From Bilabrum cf. latius (Eukaryota), in the NCBI GenBank assembly GCA_965178125.1, contig OZ237750.1, positions 992,001 to 1,056,000 of the forward strand: a DNA stretch of 64,000 nt, in the 5' to 3' direction. The position numbers and the translations under genes are program-made. This document shows, one piece after another, positions 12,738 through 23,982 of this stretch (position 1 is the stretch's first letter; each line of letters starts with the position of its first letter). The notes under the pieces are model-generated. The model was given only the letters and a program-made list of their open reading frames with translations, was not told where the DNA came from and did no database searches.

Positions 12738-14768
12738 ATGGGAGCTATTCTTGCAGTGATGGGAGATCCGATCTCGATCTATCGCGTCAGCGGGTCCAAG
12801 GAATGGGGCGAGACGGCCGGGAAATTCCAGATTGCCACTCTGGTTTTTCTGGCTATTCTTGGATCCATTGTAGCTTAGACGATGCTCAAGCCGAAAAATG
12901 GAACGCGTTTGTGTGCTTCGACAAGCCCGTGGGGCAATAATGAGGTCAAGACCTTGTCGATCGGTTGCTTTGATACTTCGAGTCTCGTGCCCGCTTCCAA
13001 CGACGACGACTACTCGTACGAAGAGGCCACCCCTCATTCCTTGCGAAGCTCGAATTCATCTGTATACACAGAAGAATTGGAGTCGTACTTTCTGGCCCAA
13101 ACTGGCTCAGGATACGTTCAGGTGATCGACAAGCAGGCTACAAATCTTGCCAACTCGGCTACAACTCTCTGTTGGTTTGCTATCGTGATTGGTGGAGGGT
13201 GGCTATTGGTCTCAGTTGCTTTGGTTGACTCCACAAACTCAGATAGAGAAGACTTTAACGCCTTTGACGACGAGGATTTGCTCCTCTTTGAGGTTGGCTG
13301 CCGGTGGTGGTTTCGCTTCATGCTTCACGCGTTGTTCATCCCCATTACTCGTTTGGTGCCTGCAGTGCTGGATATTGCTGCAACAGACGACGGTGGGGGC
13401 GCCGGACCGCAGGAGCAGTCGCTGGTTGGCGTTCGGCTCGATGGATTCCCGGGCGGGTCTCGCGGCGACTACTGGAGCAAAGGGTGGTACAGCGTCGTTG
13501 CTGTCTGCGGGGCCCTGTTCCTAGCGTTCGCCTGCTTTATCGTGCAGGACGATGATGGTGAAGAGGTGGTGGTAGGGTTGGTCAGCCTGAGCGCCCTGGG
13601 CACGTTCGGCTCTCTGATGGCTCTCACAATCATCATGCTCGTCGCCAGCGGTTCGCAGACGGCGCAGGACTGCATCATGGTGCCTTCATTTAAGGCGTTT
13701 GGTGGCCTAGGGGTATCAGGGGGCGGTTCGATCCGGTTCTTGCTCGCTGCCATCGACGTGCTGCAGCTGCTGCTGTGCCTGGGCTTCACGCTCAGCGTCC
13801 TCCTCGAGCTCATGGCACTGGCAGGCACCCGACCGGCCTGCCTCAAGGAGGATGGGGCAGATCCACTGCCACTGCTGGGGGAGGACAACGAAATTGGGTG
13901 CTGTGGGGGCGATTGCTGCGAGGACGAATGCTGCGAGGACGAATGCTGCGCCGCGCAGCCAGCGAGGGCACCAGCCCCCGCCCCCGCCCCGGCCCCTGCG
14001 CCCGCACGCCCCACCCGCACTGGCAGCGGCAGCGTAGGCTTGCTGGGGACAGGCGGTCGCTCCGGTGGCTCATCATCAACTCCGAGCCCCCGTGGTGGGG
14101 GCGGGGGGAGGCGTGCGCCTGCTCGCAGGTCGAGCGCAAGCGGGGGGGGATACTAGGAATCCTCCCTGTTGTCCCCCGCATCGGGGCAGGGGCAGGGGGA
14201 GGGACAAGGGCAGTCCTCTGGCAGGGCAGGGAGAGCTGCAGCAGCTGGAGCCAACGCCGGCACAGGCGGGGTGAGGGCGGCGCCTCCCGCGCCCGTCCCG
14301 ATGGCACCCCCCGCACCTTAGGCCCCCCTCCCGCCCATGGCTCCCACAGCACCCGACAAGCCCCCTGGCGTGCCCCCGGTGGGTCCCCATGGTGGGGCTG
14401 GCTCCTGGGGCATGGAACTACCCGGGGGAGCAGCAGCAGCAGCAGGAGGCCCCCATGCTCCCGCTCTCACGCCCACGCCCAGCGCGCCCTATGCACCCGT
14501 CAATCCTTACGCGCAACCCGGCTCGGGTGCGGGTGCGGGTGCGGGTGCTGCCGTGGAGTGGGGCGGGGGGCCTGGTGCAGGGGCGAGTGGGGCCGTGGCG
14601 TACGATCCGTATGCGACGTGGGAACAAGGACAAGGACAAGTACAAGGGCAGGGGCAGGGTGGCCTGGATGTGGTGAATCCCTACTGGGCGGCCACAAGCG
14701 CGGGCGGGGCTGGGCAGTCGGGCTAGAGGGACGGGCAATCGGAATTCAACAGCGGGGGCAATGTGTGA
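12738..14768 (+). CDS. Multi-pass membrane protein with Cys/acidic motif and Gly/Pro-rich tail
   Basis: ATG 12738; in-frame TAG at 12876, 14154, 14319, 14724; TGA 14766-14768. About 6 hydrophobic segments followed by GCCGGDCCEDECCEDECC. Confidence 0.65.
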
Positions 14769-14993
14769 TATGATATGATCCGAATGCAAGAGCAAGCCAA
14801 CGGCTGCGCTGAAGTGCGTCTAACTCTTTGCATGTGTGGTATGATACATGTGCCGCACTTGGCCGACATTGTGGTGTTCTTGGCCCACGATCCGAATTCA
14901 CATGGCACTACCGTGCACTGCACGTGCACCTGGACCTCCCCGCCGCAGTGCCCTACGGCGGAAGCAGCCCTAGGCCTCGCCATGGGCCCCCCT

Positions 14994-15170
14994 CCCCACC
15001 CCGCCCTGCTGCCCTCACGCGCCTCCGTCATCCCTGCCTTCCCGACCCCCACCCCGCCCTGCTGCCCCCACCCGCGCGCCTCCGTCATCCCTGCCTTCCC
15101 GACCCCCACCCCGCCCTGCTGCCCCCACCCACGCGCCTCCGTCATCCCTGCCTTTCCGACCCCCGCACTG
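14994..15170. repeat. About 57-bp tandem repeat, about 3 copies
   Basis: Unit ccccaccccgccctgctgcccccacccgcgcgcctccgtcatccctgccttcccgac recurs, seen as a 19-aa repeat in the ORF track. Confidence 0.8.
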
Positions 15171-15332
15171 CCCTGCCCCGCAGCGTCGAGGCCTGACAAC
15201 CACAGGGGAGAGGACGCGGGCACCATCGACATGCGAGCACGTGCCCGGGGCCCGCTGCCTCCAGTGCCCCTGCGGACACTCGCACCCGTCCCCGCCCCTG
15301 CACCGCGAACCCGCCCGCGGATGGCAGCGGCT

Positions 15333-16683
15333 GGCCCTATGCCTCTGCTCCAGTCGGCCCTATGCCTCTGCTCCAGTCGGCCCTATGCCTCTGCTCCAGT
15401 CGGCCCTATGCCTCTGCTCCAGTCGGCCCTATGCCTCTGCTCCAGTCGGCCCTATGCCTCTGCTCCAGTCGGCCCTATGCCTCTGCTCCAGTCGGCCCTA
15501 TGCCTCTGCTCCAGTCGGCCCTATGCCTCTGCTCCAGTCGGCCCTATGCCTCTGCTCCAGTCGGCCCTATGCCTCTGCTCCAGTCGGCCCTATGCCTCTG
15601 CTCCAGTCGGCCCTATGCCTCTGCTCCAGTCGGCCCTATGCCTCTGCTCCAGTCGGCCCTATGCCTCTGCTCCAGTCGGCCCTATGCCTCTGCTCCAGTC
15701 GGCCCTATGCCTCTGCTCCAGTCGGCCCTATGCCTCTGCTCCAGTCGGCCCTATGCCTCTGCTCCAGTCGGCCCTATGCCTCTGCTCCAGTCGGCCCTAT
15801 GCCTCTGCTCCAGTCGGCCCTATGCCTCTGCTCCAGTCGGCCCTATGCCTCTGCTCCAGTCGGCCCTATGCCTCTGCTCCAGTCGGCCCTATGCCTCTGC
15901 TCCAGTCGGCCCTATGCCTCTGCTCCAGTCGGCCCTATGCCTCTGCTCCAGTCGGCCCTATGCCTCTGCTCCAGTCGGCCCTATGCCTCTGCTCCAGTCG
16001 GCCCTATGCCTCTGCTCCAGTCGGCCCTATGCCTCTGCTCCAGTCGGCCCTATGCCTCTGCTCCAGTCGGCCCTATGCCTCTGCTCCAGTCGGCCCTATG
16101 CCTCTGCTCCAGTCGGCCCTATGCCTCTGCTCCAGTCGGCCCTATGCCTCTGCTCCAGTCGGCCCTATGCCTCTGCTCCAGTCGGCCCTATGCCTCTGCT
16201 CCAGTCGGCCCTATGCCTCTGCTCCAGTCGGCCCTATGCCTCTGCTCCAGTCGGCCCTATGCCTCTGCTCCAGTCGGCCCTATGCCTCTGCTCCAGTCGG
16301 CCCTATGCCTCTGCTCCAGTCGGCCCTATGCCTCTGCTCCAGTCGGCCCTATGCCTCTGCTCCAGTCGGCCCTATGCCTCTGCTCCAGTCGGCCCTATGC
16401 CTCTGCTCCAGTCGGCCCTATGCCTCTGCTCCAGTCGGCCCTATGCCTCTGCTCCAGTCGGCCCTATGCCTCTGCTCCAGTCGGCCCTATGCCTCTGCTC
16501 CAGTCGGCCCTATGCCTCTGCTCCAGTCGGCCCTATGCCTCTGCTCCAGTCGGCCCTATGCCTCTGCTCCAGTCGGCCCTATGCCTCTGCTCCAGTCGGC
16601 CCTATGCCTCTGCTCCAGTCGGCCCTATGCCTCTGCTCCAGTCGGCCCTATGCCTCTGCTCCAGTCGGCCCTATGCCTCTGCT
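15333..16683. repeat. 23-bp minisatellite, about 59 apparently perfect copies
   Basis: Unit GGCCCTATGCCTCTGCTCCAGTC repeats head-to-tail with no spacers over 1351 bp. Confidence 0.97.
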
Positions 16684-17288
16684 TCAGGCGGTCGGGGCCT
16701 CCGCTAGCAGCAAGGTCTGTGGCTTCAGGTCCCTGTGTACAACTCCCTGCCTGTGGCAGAGCGCCACCGCGTCCAGCAGAGCCATCGCCACCTGCCTAGC
16801 CTCCCCCTCGCTGTACCCCTCCCGCTTCACGATCGCGTCGAAGAGCTCTCCGCCTTTGCAGGGCTCCGTCACTAGCACATATTTATCAGGGTCAGTGTCG
16901 AAGAAAGCCACCAGGCGCACGATGTGGGGGTGCCTCAGGAACCGCTGCGTCTGCTCCTCTTGCAGCAGCGACGGCCGGTCTTCTGCCTTCATGGCCGCCC
17001 GCTGCATCACTTTGGCTGCAAACAGGCAACCCGTACGGCGGTGCGTGCACCTGTGCACCACGGAGAACCCGCCCCGGCCGATCTCGGGTCCGAGCCTGAA
17101 CGCGGATTCGAACCGTGAGCCACGGTGCTTGCCCCTGTCATCAACTGCAGAGGCAGAGGAGGAGACCCCGCGCGGTGCAACGGGGCTGCTGGTGAGTGGC
17201 GCATGTGCCCTGGAGGAGCAGATCGCACCGTCATGCAGTGCACCCAATCGCATGCCGGGAGCCCTGTCTGCCCGCAGCATGCGCCTTA

Positions 17289-17449
17289 CGGATGTACTAC
17301 CATGCAATGAGCACCGGCCCCATGGTCGCCCTGCTCCTCCTCGGATGTACTGCCATGCAATGAGCACGGGCCCCATGGTCGCCCTGCTCCTCCTCGGATG
17401 TACTGCCATGCAATGAGCACCGGCCCCATGGTCACCCTGCTCCTCCTCG
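17289..17449. repeat. 53-bp tandem repeat, 3 copies
   Basis: cggatgtactgccatgcaatgagcac... starts at 17289, 17342 and 17395. Confidence 0.9.
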
Positions 17450-17476
17450 TCTGCAACGCGAGGGGGAGGCCGAGCC

Positions 17477-17549
<73 letters not shown>
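17477..17549. repeat. (GAGGGT)n microsatellite, about 12 copies; encodes (Ser-Pro)n on the minus strand
   Basis: Direct inspection; lies in frame within the kinase locus. Confidence 0.9.
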
Positions 17550-18358
17550 ATCCGACGGCGCTGAGGCGCTAGCCCGTGCGGTGGGCGTCGCAACGGAGAG
17601 CGCGCTGCAGCTCCTCGCACGCGTCGAGCACCCACTCCGGGGAAACCGCCCGCCCCACAGAGTCGGCGCACTGCGCTAGCGTGCGGCCAAACCTGGTGGC
17701 GCCCGCGGCGCGAAGCTCTGCCGACCGCGAGGTGGTCGGGTGCATCGCACTGTGGTGCCCTGCGCCCTGCCTTTGACCAGCACCCCGGACGCCCCGCCCT
17801 GGTGAGCCCGATGCACTCGTCACATCGTCCATGGGTATGGCGTTGGTCCGCAGTGGGACCGTGCCGTGGCCAAAGGCCGAAGGCCGATAGCCCCAGTCCG
17901 CCGCTTCCACCAACTGCATCAGCAACCGAAGAATGAGGCGCCCCCATTACGCTGTGGTGAGCGTCGGCCACCGCCGTCTCGATCGCACGCACCCACTCGA
18001 TAGCAATTCGTTCGTCGGCACCCGAGGCGGGAGGTGCATCGAGAACGACGTGCAGATCCCGCTGGCCCGGCACAGTCGCAATTAACCAGGCTGGCCTCTG
18101 AGCTCCTCTTGATGGGCGCCAGACACCTAATTGAGCGGCAGGCGGCGGCGGCTTCTTGCTGATAGTGTTGAACTTTAAGAAGAAGATTAAGCTGGGACCA
18201 TACTGGGTCGCAAACATATCGATACGGGTGGGCCTAGTCTTTCGTCTCGTATCCGTAATCTTCACCCACTGGTCAAAATACACCTTACAAATACATTGAG
18301 TCGAATTGATTGATTACCATTGACTGGTAAATTTCTGTGGCAAACACCGCAATTAAGC

Positions 18359-20707
18359 ATGTCTGGACCACCACCACCACCTCCATCGAGTGGATCGGGC
18401 GCGCCGCCGCCCCCTCCAGGAGGAGCTGGTGCAAGCCAGCCTCCGCCACCGAAGCCTGGAACTAACTCATTGCCGCCAGGCCCGCCTCCTGGGAATGGTG
18501 CGCCTCCCCCGCCGCCTACAGCTGCAATTAGTTCAAATAATTTGACTAGTCCGCCGGTTGTATCCGATAACAAGCCGCCACCTCCACCACCAGGCGCGGG
18601 CGCTGCGAGTCCTGATAGAACCCAAGATCCTGGTGATTCTGCAGCAGTCGACGGCAACACAGCAAGAGATGTGGCCGCTAGTGGAGATACCAAGAAATAG
18701 GACGAGGAAGCTGCTGCCAAGAAGGCCGCTGAGGATGAGGCTGCTGCGCCGGTTGTATCCGATAACAAGCCGCCACCTCCACCACCAGGCGCGGGCGCTG
18801 CGAGTCCTGATAGAACCCAAGATCCTAGTGATTCTGCCAAGAAGGCCGCTGAGGATGAGGCCGCTGCCAAGAAGGCCGCTGAGGATGAGGCTGCTGCCAA
18901 GAAGGCCGCTGAGGATGAGGCTGCTGCCAAGAAGGCCGCTGAGGATGAGGCTGCTGCGCCGGTTGTATCCGATAACAAGCCGCCACCTCCACCACCAGGC
19001 GCGGGCGCTGCGAGTCCTGATAGAACCCAAGATCCTAGTGATTCTGCCAAGAAGGCCGCTGAGGATGAGGCCGCTGCCAAGAAGGCCGCTGAGGATGAGG
19101 CTGCTGCCAAGAAGGCCGCTGAGGATGAGGCTGCTGCCAAGAAGACTGCCGAGGATGAGGCCGCTGCCAAGAAGGCCGCTGAGGATGAGGCTGCTGCCAA
19201 GAAGGCCGCTGAGGATGAGGCCGCTGCCAAGAAGGCCGCTGAGGATGAGGCTGCTGCCAAGAAGGCCGCTGAGGATGAGGCTGCTGCCAAGAAGGCCGCT
19301 GAGGATGAGGCTGCTGCCAAGAAGGCCGCTGAGGATGAGGCTGCTGCCAAGAAGGCCGCTGAGGATGAGGCTGCTGCCAAGAAGGCCGCTGAGGATGAGG
19401 CTGCTGCCAAGAAGGCCGCTGAGGATGAGGCTGCTGCCAAGAAGGCTGCCGAGGATGAGGCTGCTGCCAAGAAGGCCGCTGAGGATGAGGCTGCTGCCAA
19501 GAAGGCCGCTGAGGATGAGGCTGCTGCCAAGAAGGCCGCCGAGGATGAGGCTGCTGCCAAGAAGACTGCCGAGGATGAGGCTGCTGCCAAGAAGGCCGCT
19601 GAGGATGAGGCTGCTGCCAAGAAGGCCGCTGAGGATGAGGCTGCTGCCAAGAAGGCCGCTGAGGATGAGGCTGCTGCCAAGAAGGCCGCTGAGGATGAGG
19701 CTGCTGCCAAGAAGGCCGCTGAGGATGAGGCTGCTGCCAAGAAGGCCGCTGAGGATGAGGCTGCTGCCAAGAAGGCCGCTGAGGATGAGGCTGCTGCCAA
19801 GAAGGCCGCTGAGGATGAGGCCGCTGCCAAGAAGGCCGCTGAGGATGAGGCTGCTACCAAGAAGGCTGCTGAGGATGAGGCTGCTGCCAAGAAGGCCGCT
19901 GAGGAGGAGGCCGCTGCCAAGAAGGCCGCTGAGGATGAGGCTGCTGCCAAGAAGGCCGCTGAGGATGAGGCTGCTGCCAAGAAGGCCGCTGAGGATGAGG
20001 CTGCTGCCAAGAAGGCCGCTGAGGACGAGGCCGCTGCCAAGAAGGCCGCTGAGGATGAGGCTGCTGCCAAGAAGGCCGCTGAGGATGAGGCTGCTGCCAA
20101 GAAGGCCGCTGAGGATGAGGCTGCTGCCAAGAAGGCTGCCGAGGATGAGGCTGCTGCCAAGAAGGCCGCTGAGGATGAGGCTGCTGCCAAGAAGGCCGCT
20201 GAGGATGAGGCTGCTGCCAAGAAGGCCGCTGAGGATGAGCCCGCTGCCGAGGACAAGAAGGAGGAGGAGGCCGAGGAAGGTGAGCCCAAGGAGGAGGAGG
20301 CCGCTGAGGATGAGCCCGCTGCCGGGGACAAGAAGGAGGAGGAGGCCAAGGAAGGTGAGCCCAAGGAGGAGGAGGCCGCTGAGGATGAGCCCGCTGCCGA
20401 GGACAAGAAGGAGGAGGAGGCCAAGGAAGGTGAGCCCAAGGAGGAGGAGGCCGAGCAGGCAGAGCCCGTCCCCTCCGTTGGCCCTGGGACTGACTGGCAG
20501 GTTTTGGAGGATGAGCAGGGCCGGTCTTTCTTTTACGATCGGGTTTCAAGGTAGGTCACCTGGGAGTGTCCCAGAGGTTTCGTTCCAGCGAGGCCTGGGG
20601 TGTTGCCTCCTGGTTGGGTCGAGCACACATCCCGTTCTGGACACCCTTACTACGTCAACGTAGTGTCCAAGTTGTCCCAATGGGGTCGGCCATCGCTTCG
20701 CGACTGA
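18359..20707 (+). CDS. Proline-rich protein with long AAKKAAEDEA repeat helix and two C-terminal WW domains
   Basis: ATG 18359 (MSGPPPPPP); TAG 18698 and 20552 in frame. WW1 DWQVLEDEQGRSFFYDRVSR*VTWECP; WW2 LPPGWVEHTSRSGHPYYVNVVSKLSQWGRP; TGA 20705-20707. Mostly absent from the ORF track. Confidence 0.85.
18835..20240 (+). repeat. 30-bp coding tandem repeat (AAKKAAEDEA), about 45 copies
   Basis: Unit gctgccaagaaggccgctgaggatgaggct with mostly synonymous variants. Confidence 0.95.
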
Positions 20708-23044
20708 GGCTACCAAGGCACGACTTACTTGCGTGTTTTGTTGTTGATTTGAAGCTCTATCCGTCGAATGTAACGGAACAATACACAATTTACTGGTTTT
20801 TGCCGGTTCCGGATCAGCAATTTGCGCGGCGCCCAGATAATTCGGAGAAGAAATCATGATGCAATTCGATTCAGCGCGCTCTTGCGAGTCTGCTGGTGCG
20901 CCTTTCAACTCCATACGATGAGATTAAGTCTGTTAACATGCCATTCAAAGAATTGGCCTCTAGCAGGGAGCTGCAGCTTTGCGCGGCGCCAAAACTGTGT
21001 GATTAGTGTCGCACGACACCCCGACACTGCCCGCATACCCCTTTCTAGTCTACAAAATAGACCTAAAAATATACCTGTATGATAATGATGCTAAATTATA
21101 CGCTGCTGTGCAGACGAATGTCTGAATAAGATTCATTTGGACACGACAGGGTCCACGGTCATCCCTCTGGCAGCCGCAACAAACTTGCTTCGATTGGCCC
21201 TCTGAGATACTGAATTTGATTACACTCCTCATAATTCTGAGCAAATTGATGACTTTATTCAAATAACGCGCTCATATTCTGCTGTGCGGTTCATGAGTAG
21301 GGTGTTTCCCGTGAGGATGACTGAACCAGGCCGCAGAGTTAGCTATTGCACATTTACCTCACCAATCTGCAGCTTACCGCGAATTGAGACCAACCACTAC
21401 ATTTTTTGTATTGATCGTATTCAGAAAATCGAACAGGAGGCTACTATGGCCATCATTAGGACACGAGCAGCACCAGCAGCTGTGCGGGTGGCCAGATCCA
21501 GAAGACCTGAAGTACGCCATGCTATTCTACACCATTGGGACTGAAAATCCGTACACTGCCTTTTATTAGGTATATTAATACCATGATTAGTCTCAAACTA
21601 GTACTGGCCTCATAGATTTGACACAATTGTGTTCTGAATGGTACCAAACCACTGGAAACAGCCACAACTTGCGAAATTGTAGGACCTGTACAAATACAGT
21701 ACCATACACAAACAAATCGTATGTATAAATAAACTATAAGTGTATCAGGACAGTGGTGAATTGGATTCTGCCCAAAATGAATCGAGATCTGACGTCAAAT
21801 GAGACCATCCTCGGTTCTAATGGACTCTCTGTGACATACTGGAGCGGTGATTTGTTTTAAATACCTATTTGATCTGTAATGAAGTCGACCAATAGCGCAT
21901 TCTATTCGTCGAAATGATTGCACAATAGGGATGCAGCGTGGACTGTGGTTTCAGTGGCATTTGGATCAGCGTGCTGCTCCTCTCGTTAGCCTTACGGTGG
22001 TTGTATGGTAATTCACTAATTACACAATGAAAAAACCTCATTACATGGAAGATACGCTATTGATGTCGCGTGATAATCGACGAGTTGTATTGTGTCGGGG
22101 ATCGTTGCGGTCAAGAATTGGTGTGATGAATGTGTCGGGGTAAGTTACAACCGACGGATCGTCGTAAATTCAACTGTGGTTCCGCGTGGAGCAACTGCTC
22201 GACAGCAGAAACGGGCCCAATCCTGTAACAAGCCACTGGTCATGAATACAACAAGTTTATTTTATATATTGTACGGATAAATGATTGGTATTGAGTAGCA
22301 ATGCACGAACGGCAAGAGCTCCAGAGGCCTCATCCTCAGCACGGAGTAACCAACATCTGACGGCGCGTTGAGCATCAGCTCAAGGCATAACGAAACAACG
22401 AATCAATCGCCGTCAGATGGGAGCACCCCATAAACTGCATGGTCTGAAAGCATCGACGCCCACTCCTTCCAAGTGGCACGAGTCATAGCCCGATGCGACG
22501 CACAAGGGACAGCGGCTCCCATCAAATGGGAGGGTCACCACGCACATCACACCACGCCAAACACTGGGCCAGCACCCTGGCTTTGGAGGCAAACCCCTCA
22601 AGCAAGGGCGCCAACAAGTCTACCACGCCCGCCTGCACACGGGCCTTGCAGCGCTGACGATACCTGAAGTCAAACTCCGGCGTCACGCTGCAAGCCTATG
22701 CACAACTGGCGGAATAGCAGTCTTACCAATGCGGGGAGGGCTACTTAGAACCACGCTACCATAGGATAGACCCGGCCCACGCTCCCCGGACTCGCTGGCT
22801 TTCAGCATCCACGCGCGCTGCATGCTAACATTGCTGCGACGCAAGTCGCAGCAGTGCCACACGGGCTCAAACCCGATAGGCGGAGCAAATACAGCCAAAC
22901 GCAGGAGATTGCCAGCGAATACATCCGGGGATCATGAGAAAGGGGCCGAACCGCCGGCTTGCGACTTCTCCCCCGAAATCGAAATCAGGACTCGCATGCT
23001 GCCATCCATCTCCATGCCAGCCAACTGGTAGCCCCAGTCCCTGC

Positions 23045-23596
23045 TCACTCGCTTGCAGCCTTGTCCACGGCCTCGTTCAGCCAGTCCAGGCCCTCGAACA
23101 GCCCGTCCCCGCTCGAGGCGCAGCAGCCCTGCACCCACCAGTGCTTGGTGGGCAGCTTGTCCAGCGCCAGTGCCTTACTGACCTCTAGGGCGCTGGCCGC
23201 GCCGGGGAGGTCCTGCTTGTTGGCGAACACCAGGCACGGGGCGCCCCTGAGGTTCTGCATCACGGCATGCAGCTCCTCGGCAGCGAGCGAGAGGCGGGCC
23301 TTGTCGGCGGAGTCCACGATGAACATGAGCGCGGTGGCGTCCTGGTAGTAGTGCTTCCACAGCTTGCGTAGCTTAGTCTGGCCGCCGACGTCCCAGGCGG
23401 TGATCCGCAGCTTCTTGTACTCGAGAGACTCCACGTTGAAGCCAATCGTCGGAGTGGTCATGACCGACTCTCCAATCTTTAGCTTGTACAGCGTCGTAGT
23501 CTTTCCCGCGGCATCAAGCCCTAGCATGAGCAACTTACAGTCACGCTTTCCGAACGACTCAAACGCGCTCACGATGCTAGAGATAAATAGTCCCAT
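23045..23596 (-). CDS. ADP-ribosylation factor family small GTPase (Arf/Arl)
   Basis: MG start (myristoylation), [37 protein letters not shown]. No in-frame TAG; ends TGA. Confidence 0.95.
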   Translation of the reverse strand: MGLFISSIVSAFESFGKRDCKLLMLGLDAAGKTTTLYKLKIGESVMTTPTIGFNVESLEYKKLRITAWDVGGQTKLRKLWKHYYQDATALMFIVDSADKARLSLAAEELHAVMQNLRGAPCLVFANKQDLPGAASALEVSKALALDKLPTKHWWVQGCCASSGDGLFEGLDWLNEAVDKAASE

Positions 23597-23982
23597 GTTT
23601 GCAAATACCTGGGGTAGATGGAACAAGACTATCAGAAAGCTTCTCGTCTGCAGGCATTCACCCAGAAAAGAACTGATTAAGTTGTAACTATTATACTGAA
23701 GGTGCGCTTCTCACTTTTGCTTCTTTGTGGTGCTTGTATGTGAGCCGAAGTGCCTTGTTCGCGCTGCTGTTTCGCGGATATGTCTTAACCGGAAGTGCAT
23801 GTTCCAATTGATCCGATCCGTTTTTCCTCGATCCGAGTGTTGGCCTCTAGTTGTCGTAAACGGGCAATTTGCAGCCCGCGGATGATGTGCTACTGTATTC
23901 CCCAACTACCAACAGTCCAAAGTGCAATTCCAAGCCCGTGTTTCCGCCATTTCGCGGCCCGCAAAGCGAACCTCGGGCTTTC

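Larger units (their letters stand above)
14850..18283 (-). pseudogene. Disrupted PH-like + CAMK-family protein kinase gene
   Basis: A PH-like segment ending EWVRAI joins through a 37-nt GT-AG intron (17914-17950) and TAG 17569 to a kinase N-lobe: IGRGGFSVV, FAAKVM, HPHIVRL, GGELFD, HRDLKP. TGA at 16684 follows, then the 23-bp array. A degenerate CEFGSWAK..KCGT (DFG/activation-loop-like) lies near 14850-14905. No C-lobe found. Confidence 0.6.

Noticed and set aside
15333-16683. CRISPR array or long coding ORFs (488-684 aa)
   Set aside because: No spacers and no cas genes; the ORFs are artefacts of a stop-free 23-bp unit.
17477-17549. Interstitial telomere (TGAGGG resembling TTAGGG)
   Set aside because: Short, in frame as (SP)n, and similar hexamer runs encode dipeptides elsewhere (61395-61615).
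18262-20663. 725-aa minus-strand and 701-aa Arg/Leu-rich plus-strand ORFs
   Set aside because: Shadow frames of the 30-bp repeat; the third frame gives WW domains and synonymous variation.
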